A DNA stretch of 64,000 nt from a virus: IMG/VR virus record IMGVR_UViG_3300020048_000029, positions 32,001 to 96,000 of that record; one strand, written 5' to 3'. The position numbers and the translations under genes are program-made. The notes under the pieces were generated by a model. That model saw only the letters and a program-made list of their open reading frames with translations. It was not told the origin of the DNA and ran no database searches. Of this stretch, positions 56,520 to 64,000 are shown piece by piece (positions within the stretch are counted from its first letter, which is position 1; every line of letters starts with the position of its first letter).

Positions 56520-57123
56520 CTCTCTTGACTCTTTCATTTTGAAAGTTGCGGCAGAGTCTAAAAATACAGAAGTTTTCAATGAAGCAGTTCCTGAGGAGAA
56601 TCCTGGACAAGAGACTGGTCAACAGCCTGCTCCTGCAAAGGAAGATCCAGAAGCTATCCCTACTGAAGAAGAGATGCCACAGAGCGACCCTGTTACTGAT
56701 GCGATGCATTACGGAGCTCTCGCTGCGCAGGCATTTTTGTCAGAAGAGTTGATGCAAGCAGCATTGTCTGGCCACCCTGAAGCGATCAAGATCGTTGCAG
56801 CTACAGCCGGAGAAATCGCTGCAAAAGTGTCAAAAGGAATGCTTGAAGGTGGATCTGTTCCGGCTGCTCCAGCTGAGGCTGCTCCTGCTCCAGTAGAACA
56901 GGCCCCAGTAGAAGCTGCGCCGGAAGCTCCAGTAGCGCCGGCTGCTCCTGCTGCTCCAGGCAAAGATGGTGCCGCTGAAGAGCAGATCGCAGCTCAGATT
57001 GCTCCTGCTGTAAGCAACGAAGGAACAGCTGACGATATCAGCGCATCTGGACTCGATCCTAAAAAGCAATACACTGCCGCTGAAGTTATTCAGTTTGCGA
57101 AGTCGTATGCGAATAAAGGCTAA
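56497..57123 (+). CDS. Ala/Pro/Glu-rich protein with N-terminal LKVAA motif
   Basis: 208-aa low-complexity ORF. Confidence 0.6.
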   Translation: MNHQVTVDSLDSFILKVAAESKNTEVFNEAVPEENPGQETGQQPAPAKEDPEAIPTEEEMPQSDPVTDAMHYGALAAQAFLSEELMQAALSGHPEAIKIVAATAGEIAAKVSKGMLEGGSVPAAPAEAAPAPVEQAPVEAAPEAPVAPAAPAAPGKDGAAEEQIAAQIAPAVSNEGTADDISASGLDPKKQYTAAEVIQFAKSYANKG

Positions 57124-57901
57124 TGTAATATCTGATGGAAACGACTCCCGTGTAATATCATGGGAGCCTGTAAACACCTCGGCTTATGCTGAGGTGCTTT
57201 TCAGCTTTAACCCTGAAAGTGGTTTTTCTGTCCTTAGTCCAAATTGCACTGATACTCAGTACACAGACAACAGGATCATAAGAAACACGAACAGGACTGC
57301 TTATTATAAAATCAAGGTCTATGATGCTCTTGGTGTAATGATAGCAGACTCTGGAATAGTCCATCTCGAATCAAATTACGACGGCGTCCTCGGAACAATA
57401 ATCTATAACGAGACAACTCTTAACAGACTGTTCCAAGGGAACCCCTACTGGATTGTTAAATCTGCAAAGTCAGGAGCAAGATGCCCAGTTTGCTGGGATC
57501 ACTTCAGAGACGAAGCGAAGTTTAGCAATTGTCCAGAGTGCCACAGCACTGGGTATGTTCTTGGCACCTACGAAAAGATATCTGCTTTTATATCGGTAAG
57601 TTCTGACCCTAAGAAATCCGGTGCAATCCCGGAAGGCGAAATGGTCACCGATACGCTTCAAGGCAGGTTGTCAAACTATCCTCTTGTCGATACAAACGAC
57701 TATGCAATAGAAGAGATGACCGGGAAGAGATTCTTAATAACTTCTGTTGAAGTAACAAAATTACCGGTTATTTCAAGAGATAATTCTGGATCAACTTCAA
57801 ACCATGTTGCGAGCCAAATTATAACTATGGTTGAACTCGAGAGAGATCATGAATTCTATAAGATACATGAATTTATAACATCTCCAGAAGAGGTAATGTG
57901 A
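57107..57901 (+). CDS. Putative head-closure/neck protein with Zn finger
   Basis: RCPVCWD...CPECHSTGY; position between head and tail genes. Confidence 0.55.
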   Translation: MRIKANVISDGNDSRVISWEPVNTSAYAEVLFSFNPESGFSVLSPNCTDTQYTDNRIIRNTNRTAYYKIKVYDALGVMIADSGIVHLESNYDGVLGTIIYNETTLNRLFQGNPYWIVKSAKSGARCPVCWDHFRDEAKFSNCPECHSTGYVLGTYEKISAFISVSSDPKKSGAIPEGEMVTDTLQGRLSNYPLVDTNDYAIEEMTGKRFLITSVEVTKLPVISRDNSGSTSNHVASQIITMVELERDHEFYKIHEFITSPEEVM

Positions 57902-58830
57902 TGGAAGCTTGGTTTTTAGAAACCCTCGGAAAGGTAGATATTTCAGATACTCATAAAATGATCATCTTCCTTGTTGCATCGATAGCATACGCTATTTTCA
58001 ATGAGGTTAGAAGAAACCGGACTGTTACCGATAGAAACTCAAAGATAGGGTCAATATCTTTGGAGCTCACATCTGTAAAGTCTTCTCTTGATGCTGAAAT
58101 AAAGATCTTGAAAAACGATCTTTCTCAAGCCGAAGAGAAGCTTATTGAAAAGGAAGAGCTTCACCTTATTGAGATCATGAATCTTCAAAAGACACATGAG
58201 CGTCACATTGACAGTATCATAAAAGTTCTTTCGTACAAAACAGATCTTGTAATGCTTCAGAGAGACGCTTTCGAAGCATCTCGAAGAACTGCCACGATCG
58301 ATACTCTTACCTCGATCAGGAATACGATCAAAGGTAAGTTTAAGACTATGAAATACGACATGATGTACATCTTCAGACAGGACATGATGAAACGCCTCGG
58401 CAGCATCGATTGTCTTACCGGAGAAGGTGGAGTGTGCTCCAACAAGACCCTCGTAAACGACTCTCAGCTTAAAGGGTACGAGTCGCTTTTGATCGAATCG
58501 ATTGCTGAAGGCGAAGAACTTTGCCATGCAATAGTCGAAGACTTCAAAGACGATCTTGCTCCAGCAGCATTTGATCAGTGGTGCTCTGAGGCAAACCGGT
58601 TAATCCATCATATTGTGTGGGACGGCATGCTTTTGAAAATCCCAAGCTCATCCAATATGGCGCCTAACATCAACATGATAACAGAGAAGTACACAATTTC
58701 GTACTTCACATCTATCATGGAAAGTGTCAAGCAGATCAGGAAGAACGAGAAGGCTGCTATTGAAAAAGCAAAAGACCGATATGAATTTGAAGTGAAAAAG
58801 ATTTACGGAGACAGACGGTCTGCGCAATAA
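57898..58830 (+). CDS. Membrane-anchored coiled-coil protein
   Basis: N-terminal hydrophobic IIFLVASIAYAIF followed by heptad repeats. Confidence 0.55.
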   Translation: MMEAWFLETLGKVDISDTHKMIIFLVASIAYAIFNEVRRNRTVTDRNSKIGSISLELTSVKSSLDAEIKILKNDLSQAEEKLIEKEELHLIEIMNLQKTHERHIDSIIKVLSYKTDLVMLQRDAFEASRRTATIDTLTSIRNTIKGKFKTMKYDMMYIFRQDMMKRLGSIDCLTGEGGVCSNKTLVNDSQLKGYESLLIESIAEGEELCHAIVEDFKDDLAPAAFDQWCSEANRLIHHIVWDGMLLKIPSSSNMAPNINMITEKYTISYFTSIMESVKQIRKNEKAAIEKAKDRYEFEVKKIYGDRRSAQ

Positions 58831-58839
58831 GTATTTTAT

Positions 58840-59706
58840 TTGAACGAATGGGGGTTAATTTTGTTCGATATGCCATCTGGTAAACTGACGAGTATGCTTA
58901 TAAGCTATCTTCAGCACATCTTTTCTGATGAGGAGTTGGTGACCCCAATGTACTTGTGGAATAAGGACCAGAAGGTATCGAGAATTAGAATTAGCTCTGT
59001 ATTCGTCGTAAACAATGAGACTCCATTAAGCTCTCCTTACATAACTGTCAGAAGAGGGTCTCATAACTTTCTTCGAGTTGGTATCGACGATTTCATTGAA
59101 GGTGATAACATCACTCTCGAAAGAAAATCCGCTCCACTTGAGGGTAATGTAATGTTTACAGTTGGAGCAAGATCTTCTATCGAAGCATCTAACATTGCTC
59201 AATTCATAGCAGAGTATTTGCAGACTGAAAGACACGGGATAATCCACAAGTCAGGATTCTTGAGAAATTTCAAGATAATCGGCGTTGGAGAAGAGGTTCC
59301 AAAGGTTGTGGATTCAGTAGTTCATAGATATGAAGTGTCTGTTCCTGCATTCTCTTCTTCAATGTACATAAGCAGTCGTGACTACACCGCAGGAGACCCG
59401 TTCAATATGACCGAGTTTCTTGGATACGACAAGATATCTGACAAGAGCTCTTGCGTGTTAGATGCGAATGTCTTAACTGATTTGAACAAGACCTTTGGTG
59501 AGAGCTACTCTTACGACTACTTCCTTGAACCAGGGAAGCTTTACTACGCAAATATCGATGGAACAAGTTATGAAATAATAAGCATTTTGAGCGATCATAG
59601 CATTTTACTTAAAGATGCAACGTTCGCACCTAGTACTACGAAAAATTACAATATAATCTGGAATACCAGTGGAATTCACTGGATAGCTAAAAAGGAGAAT
59701 GTATGA
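58840..59706 (+). CDS. Putative tail terminator/completion protein
   Basis: LISYLQHIF...PYITVRRG; directly before the sheath gene. Confidence 0.5.
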   Translation: MNEWGLILFDMPSGKLTSMLISYLQHIFSDEELVTPMYLWNKDQKVSRIRISSVFVVNNETPLSSPYITVRRGSHNFLRVGIDDFIEGDNITLERKSAPLEGNVMFTVGARSSIEASNIAQFIAEYLQTERHGIIHKSGFLRNFKIIGVGEEVPKVVDSVVHRYEVSVPAFSSSMYISSRDYTAGDPFNMTEFLGYDKISDKSSCVLDANVLTDLNKTFGESYSYDYFLEPGKLYYANIDGTSYEIISILSDHSILLKDATFAPSTTKNYNIIWNTSGIHWIAKKENV

Positions 59707-62048
59707 GTAATTACCAAGGCCCTAATGTGGCCGTTGAGCAGACCTTCAGCTCTGCGCCTGGCGCGGTTGCAGTAGAAGGTCTTCCGGCGGCTATCATTGG
59801 TACTTCTTATGAAGTTTTTGAAAATGATTCCGTTGGAGAAGTTGGATCTGCTTTCGACACAATTCTTAAATACAACACTGATAAAAAAGTGGTGTTCGAT
59901 AAGACTGTTGCCGGACAGCGTGTTCTTGACTTCTATGCACCAACAGTAGTAGTATCAACAAATGGTGCTCAGTACCCTGTTGACAATGCTACATTCTCTG
60001 CCACTGGAATCAGTATTCCTAAAAACCTGTCTTATGACATTAGCGGAACAGTACTGTCTGCATCAATGCCATACTTCGGAACAGACTCAGCTGTATCTAC
60101 AGTTGTAGGTGGAAAAGTTGTTCTTACTCAGAGTATTACTGGATACGAAATCTTTGCTGGTCTCGAAGTTATTCGCGACGGAGTATCGATTGGCCGTGTC
60201 AAAACAGTATCTACTGATGGATTGACAATCGAGCTTGAAACTGCTGCTACGAACGATGCGACTGCGAAGAAGATCGTTATCGGAGCAACAAGCACTGCAC
60301 CAACTGTTGCAAACACAATTTTGCTTAACTCTCCAATCTCGTCTGTAAAAACCGGTGATATCATGAAGTTCACTTCTAATATTTCTGGCGTAAATGTTGA
60401 ATACAAAGCTTCTGTGAAGCGCGTTTTCAACAACGGATATGCAATTGAGATCAACACAGAAGCATCTTACACTACAGACGTGTCTTACTTGGACATTTCA
60501 AAAGTGTTCGGATTCACTGCAAGCTGTGGCGGATCAACTGTTGTTATCACAAGCGTAAAAGCAGCTCGACTTGCAGGTTTCGCTAAATTCATCTCCAATG
60601 TTGCTTTCACAGCAGTTGTAGGCGAAAACAAGCTTACCGTAGCGGCTGGAACAGCATCTGTTGGCGACACTGTTAAAATCGGCACTTCTTACTTCAAAGT
60701 AATTGGTGTTAACCCGGCTAGAACAAACGTGTTTATCAGCGGAGTTGCTACAGCAACCACCGGAAATTATGATCACTTTAAAACCACGGTATCTTCTCAG
60801 ATCCGCGCTTCTTATCGTGCAATTAATGTTGGAGAAGTAGAGAACGTCCGTCGCATTACAGGTCTCAACGATGTTGAAAAGTACTTCGGTACAGTTTCTC
60901 CGTTCAACGAACTTGCATTCATGGCATCTCAGGCTCTCGCTGGTAACGGCGGCAAAGTTATTTATGCGTTCAACCTGTCTTCTGCAATTGCGACAATTTC
61001 TGCTGAATATACAAAAGCTCTCGCAGCTATGAAAATGTTCGATGTTTACTCGCATGCATTCGGGACCGACTTCTCGATCGCTTCATCTGTTCTGTCTTAT
61101 GTAAGTCAGCAGTCTGAATCATATCAGGCTCATGAGCGTATCGCTCGCTTAACATACGATCAGAAGAGTTTGTACGCTCTTGGGGAAGTAAACGGGACTT
61201 ACGCTTCCGGCGTTCTTACTATGGTTGCCCCTGCTGGAACTGACATTGACGATATCGTAATCCTGAAAGACTCTGCTGGTAAAACTCTTGCAACTACAAA
61301 AGTTGTCGGAACACCAGGAGCCACATCTGTTCAGGTTAAACCTGTCACGTTCACTGGATCAGTTGCTTCTGCTGAGTTCTCTATCGGAACAGCATTTGCA
61401 AAATCTCAGCGTGTAAAAGCTCTTGGAGCTCTTTCAAACAGACGTGCGAAGATTATCTGTCCAGGATACTTCACTGGTACAGTAAACGGTAAAGAGATGA
61501 CTCTTCCTCCATACTTCATCACAGCTTACTACGCTGGTCTTGATGATGGTCAGAAGCCTTCTCAGTCGTTTACCAACCTCGGTGTTGCTATCGGTTCAAT
61601 CACGAATATTTCACTTGCAACAGACACCTACTGGGATGTTGATTTGCTTGACGAGATCGGATCTGGCGGTATCGATATTATCGTTCAGGATGGGATTACC
61701 ACTACAAACGTAGTTAAATCTCGCCATGACCTTACAACCGATATGGAAGACGTTCTCACTCGTGAGTGGTCTATCACCAAGCAGGTTGACATTAGCGCAA
61801 AAACTCTTCGCGGAGTTGCTCGCAAGTTCATCGGTGTGTACAACATTACTCCTGAGCTTATCAAGAATCTTAAAGCTTCTTTGATAATTGCAGCAGGTGC
61901 TCTTGTTGATGGTAAAAACATTTCTGGGCTTACTATCGTTAGCATTAACCGCGACGAAAAAGTAGCTGACAAAATCGTTATTGGAGTAAAAGGAACGGTA
62001 TTCGTTGCTGGTAACTACTATGACATCACAATAAATGTGGGAGTATAA
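59703..62048 (+). CDS. Contractile tail sheath protein
   Basis: 781 aa; N-terminal YQGPNVAVEQ; C-terminal QSFTN, RHDLTTD, REWSIT, FIGVYNIT and NYYDITI; followed by the tube gene. Confidence 0.8.
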   Translation: MSNYQGPNVAVEQTFSSAPGAVAVEGLPAAIIGTSYEVFENDSVGEVGSAFDTILKYNTDKKVVFDKTVAGQRVLDFYAPTVVVSTNGAQYPVDNATFSATGISIPKNLSYDISGTVLSASMPYFGTDSAVSTVVGGKVVLTQSITGYEIFAGLEVIRDGVSIGRVKTVSTDGLTIELETAATNDATAKKIVIGATSTAPTVANTILLNSPISSVKTGDIMKFTSNISGVNVEYKASVKRVFNNGYAIEINTEASYTTDVSYLDISKVFGFTASCGGSTVVITSVKAARLAGFAKFISNVAFTAVVGENKLTVAAGTASVGDTVKIGTSYFKVIGVNPARTNVFISGVATATTGNYDHFKTTVSSQIRASYRAINVGEVENVRRITGLNDVEKYFGTVSPFNELAFMASQALAGNGGKVIYAFNLSSAIATISAEYTKALAAMKMFDVYSHAFGTDFSIASSVLSYVSQQSESYQAHERIARLTYDQKSLYALGEVNGTYASGVLTMVAPAGTDIDDIVILKDSAGKTLATTKVVGTPGATSVQVKPVTFTGSVASAEFSIGTAFAKSQRVKALGALSNRRAKIICPGYFTGTVNGKEMTLPPYFITAYYAGLDDGQKPSQSFTNLGVAIGSITNISLATDTYWDVDLLDEIGSGGIDIIVQDGITTTNVVKSRHDLTTDMEDVLTREWSITKQVDISAKTLRGVARKFIGVYNITPELIKNLKASLIIAAGALVDGKNISGLTIVSINRDEKVADKIVIGVKGTVFVAGNYYDITINVGV

Positions 62049-62050
62049 TA

Positions 62051-62737
62051 ATGGCTGAAACTACTAGCATTTCAGGATGGGATTGGGATACCAATCACGT
62101 CAATACTACAGCAACAGCAACAGGTGGGACGTTCAAGCCTGAAGACTTTGTTGAAGCTGGGACTGTACTGATTCTTGCAGGCCCTTCTAAGCTTGCAGAA
62201 AATGACGTAGCAATTAAAACAACACAGCTTATCCCAATTGGTCTTGTTGACCAGTTCTCTGTTTCACAACAGAAGAACATTCAGCAGATCTTTGAGATTG
62301 GGTCTAAGTTGAACTACGTTGTGCCTGGTCGTACAGTTGGCCAGATTCAGATTGCAAGAGCATTCTTTGACGGAGCTTCTCTCATGAAGGCTCTAACAGC
62401 TCAAAGAGGCGGGACAGAAAACCCTTCAGCTGCAAATGCTGCAGGAGGAGGTTTGTACTCTATTACTGACAACTTCACTAAAGCAGACGTGGCTCAGGTT
62501 GGTTCAGGTAATTTCTATGCAAACCTTGCTTCTTCTTTCTTTGATATCTCTCATGGGATTTGTCTCATGTTCAGAGATCAGAAGAAGGATAACGTTGCAA
62601 TGTTGTACTTCGAAGACTGTCTGATCTCAGCACACAACTTCGGCATTAGTGCTCAGCAGAATATTATTCAAGAAGCGTGTTCAATCACGTACTCTCGAAT
62701 CGTACCTGTTGCAGTTGCGGCGACTGCGCTTAAGTAA
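62051..62737 (+). CDS. Tail tube protein
   Basis: PIGLVDQFSVSQ...QIFEIGS...PGR, YFEDCLI; follows the sheath gene. Confidence 0.75.
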   Translation: MAETTSISGWDWDTNHVNTTATATGGTFKPEDFVEAGTVLILAGPSKLAENDVAIKTTQLIPIGLVDQFSVSQQKNIQQIFEIGSKLNYVVPGRTVGQIQIARAFFDGASLMKALTAQRGGTENPSAANAAGGGLYSITDNFTKADVAQVGSGNFYANLASSFFDISHGICLMFRDQKKDNVAMLYFEDCLISAHNFGISAQQNIIQEACSITYSRIVPVAVAATALK

Positions 62738-62749
62738 ATAGCTAAAAAA

Positions 62750-62775
62750 ATGGGAGTAGATTAATCTACTCCCAT
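62750..62775. terminator. Convergent terminator hairpin
   Basis: A-tract then ATGGGAGTAGA-TTAA-TCTACTCCCAT-CACTTTT. Confidence 0.7.
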
Positions 62776-62870
62776 CACTTTTGCTTTGAACGCCGGATCT
62801 CCGGCGTTTTTTATTGCATTGAAGTTGCCTACGAGATTTATGAACTTGTCATAAAAATCCTCGTGAACTT

Positions 62871-63353
62871 CTACTGTAACCACTCTCCGTCTACCATGGA
62901 CGCGATCTTCTTCCCGTGGTGTACCACCGTCGGATTCCCTTCCAGGATTTTGCATAGCTTCATCCCCCCTCCAGGAGTTATCGCGAGATACTTCCCGTCG
63001 GTGAACCGCGCTTTGACCGACTCAAGGTTGTGAGCGGTGTTATCATTGACAGGAGTGTAGTTCCCGTCAATTTCTACAGCGAAACCAGACAAGTTCATTC
63101 CAGTATCGATTACCGCTTTTTGCGGAAGTCTTGGACCTCTTTGCGACCCCGTCGAAAGAACCCCGCCGAAGTTTCCGCCGACTTCGTCTTCGTGATCTCT
63201 TGTTCTTTGGACATAGACCGACTCTGAAACTTCCAGATCAGCTCCGCCGTAGCCGAGATCGCTAAGATCACTGTCGTTACCATCTTTATTGCGTTCAACC
63301 GCTGCTCCTTCAGTTTTGAGTTCTTCAAGAACTCCCATTTCTTCATAATTCAT
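62871..63353 (-). CDS. Hypothetical acidic protein
   Basis: ATG 63353 with GGAG RBS. Confidence 0.6.
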   Translation of the reverse strand: MNYEEMGVLEELKTEGAAVERNKDGNDSDLSDLGYGGADLEVSESVYVQRTRDHEDEVGGNFGGVLSTGSQRGPRLPQKAVIDTGMNLSGFAVEIDGNYTPVNDNTAHNLESVKARFTDGKYLAITPGGGMKLCKILEGNPTVVHHGKKIASMVDGEWLQ

Positions 63354-63969
63354 AATTTCTCCGTATCTTCGTGCAATCAAGACCTTCAATTTTGAGGGAC
63401 TTGTTCACGGTATTGTTAAGGGTAATTGACGCAACAATATCAGATAATGAGTTGTGCGCTTCGATAGGGATTCCGTAGTGTTTGCACACTGTTCCAAGTT
63501 GCAAGTTCTCGATGTCCTGCGGGATCACTCCAGCGGCCCAAAGATACTTTACAGGAGCAAAGATATCAAGGTCGTATGTTTTAACATAAGCCCCAGATCC
63601 ATACCCAGTAAGTCTGTGGAACCAATTCCATAAAACATCTTTATCAAACCCGCTGTTGTAACCCATCGGGATGAAGAACTGGTCTTTCTTGAACTTTGAC
63701 ACATACTTCCCAAGCATAGGGACGAGATGGTCGTTAAGCACTTCCAAAGGGTCAGGCCAAGTAAGACACTCGTCCTTGTTGATTCCTGTAACTTCAAAAG
63801 CCTTGTCATTCATTGAGCATCCTTCGTGAGGTCTCATTCTGAAGTCAAAGAACTCTTGTATCACTTTATCAATTACGATTGCTCCGGATATTGTGAGAAG
63901 ACCACAAGTCGCAGCATTTGAATCTGTTGTTTCCGTGTCAAACGGAAGAATTCTGCTCGGCATTTGCAT
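63343..63969 (-). CDS. DEDDh 3'-5' exonuclease (DnaQ/epsilon-like)
   Basis: ExoI FDTETT, ExoII GYNSGFD, ExoIII AHNSLSD. Confidence 0.88.
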   Translation of the reverse strand: MQMPSRILPFDTETTDSNAATCGLLTISGAIVIDKVIQEFFDFRMRPHEGCSMNDKAFEVTGINKDECLTWPDPLEVLNDHLVPMLGKYVSKFKKDQFFIPMGYNSGFDKDVLWNWFHRLTGYGSGAYVKTYDLDIFAPVKYLWAAGVIPQDIENLQLGTVCKHYGIPIEAHNSLSDIVASITLNNTVNKSLKIEGLDCTKIRRNYEL

Positions 63970-64000
63970 ACTCCATGAGTATCTCAGCGTGACACTTTAC

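Noticed and set aside
1-64000. Stop-codon reassignment, as seen in some jumbo phages
   Set aside because: Long conserved genes are intact in the standard code, and TAG, TGA and TAA all end genes at sensible positions.

Overview
A 64-kb fragment of a large (jumbo-type) contractile-tailed dsDNA bacteriophage, standard genetic code. About 1-21 kb is a minus-strand replication/early arm: Gp3-like protein, SSB, DnaG-type primase fused to an MCM-like helicase, DUF3310-like protein, ThyX, many small hypotheticals and a DinG-like helicase. The strands diverge across a largely non-coding control region (19.2-19.8 kb) with a long inverted repeat, 9-bp iterons, an IHF site next to a sigma54-type promoter and an AT-rich tract. 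About 21-62.7 kb is a plus-strand arm with a single-chain beta-beta' RNA polymerase, SNF2 helicase, GH108 lysozyme, terminase, putative prohead protease, scaffold, major capsid, neck, sheath and tube genes. Many of these proteins carry a K-x-A-[S/A/G/E] motif, and several Gly/Ala-rich proteins share an N-terminal leader ending in EKIA. A minus-strand island inside the structural arm (36.6-41.2 kb) holds a retron-type reverse transcriptase with a Cys-rich insert. It is translationally coupled to a DHH phosphoesterase and two small peptides and is followed by a compact four-way-junction RNA candidate and a terminator; this is the best candidate for an undescribed system. All family assignments come from motif recognition by eye, with no database searches.
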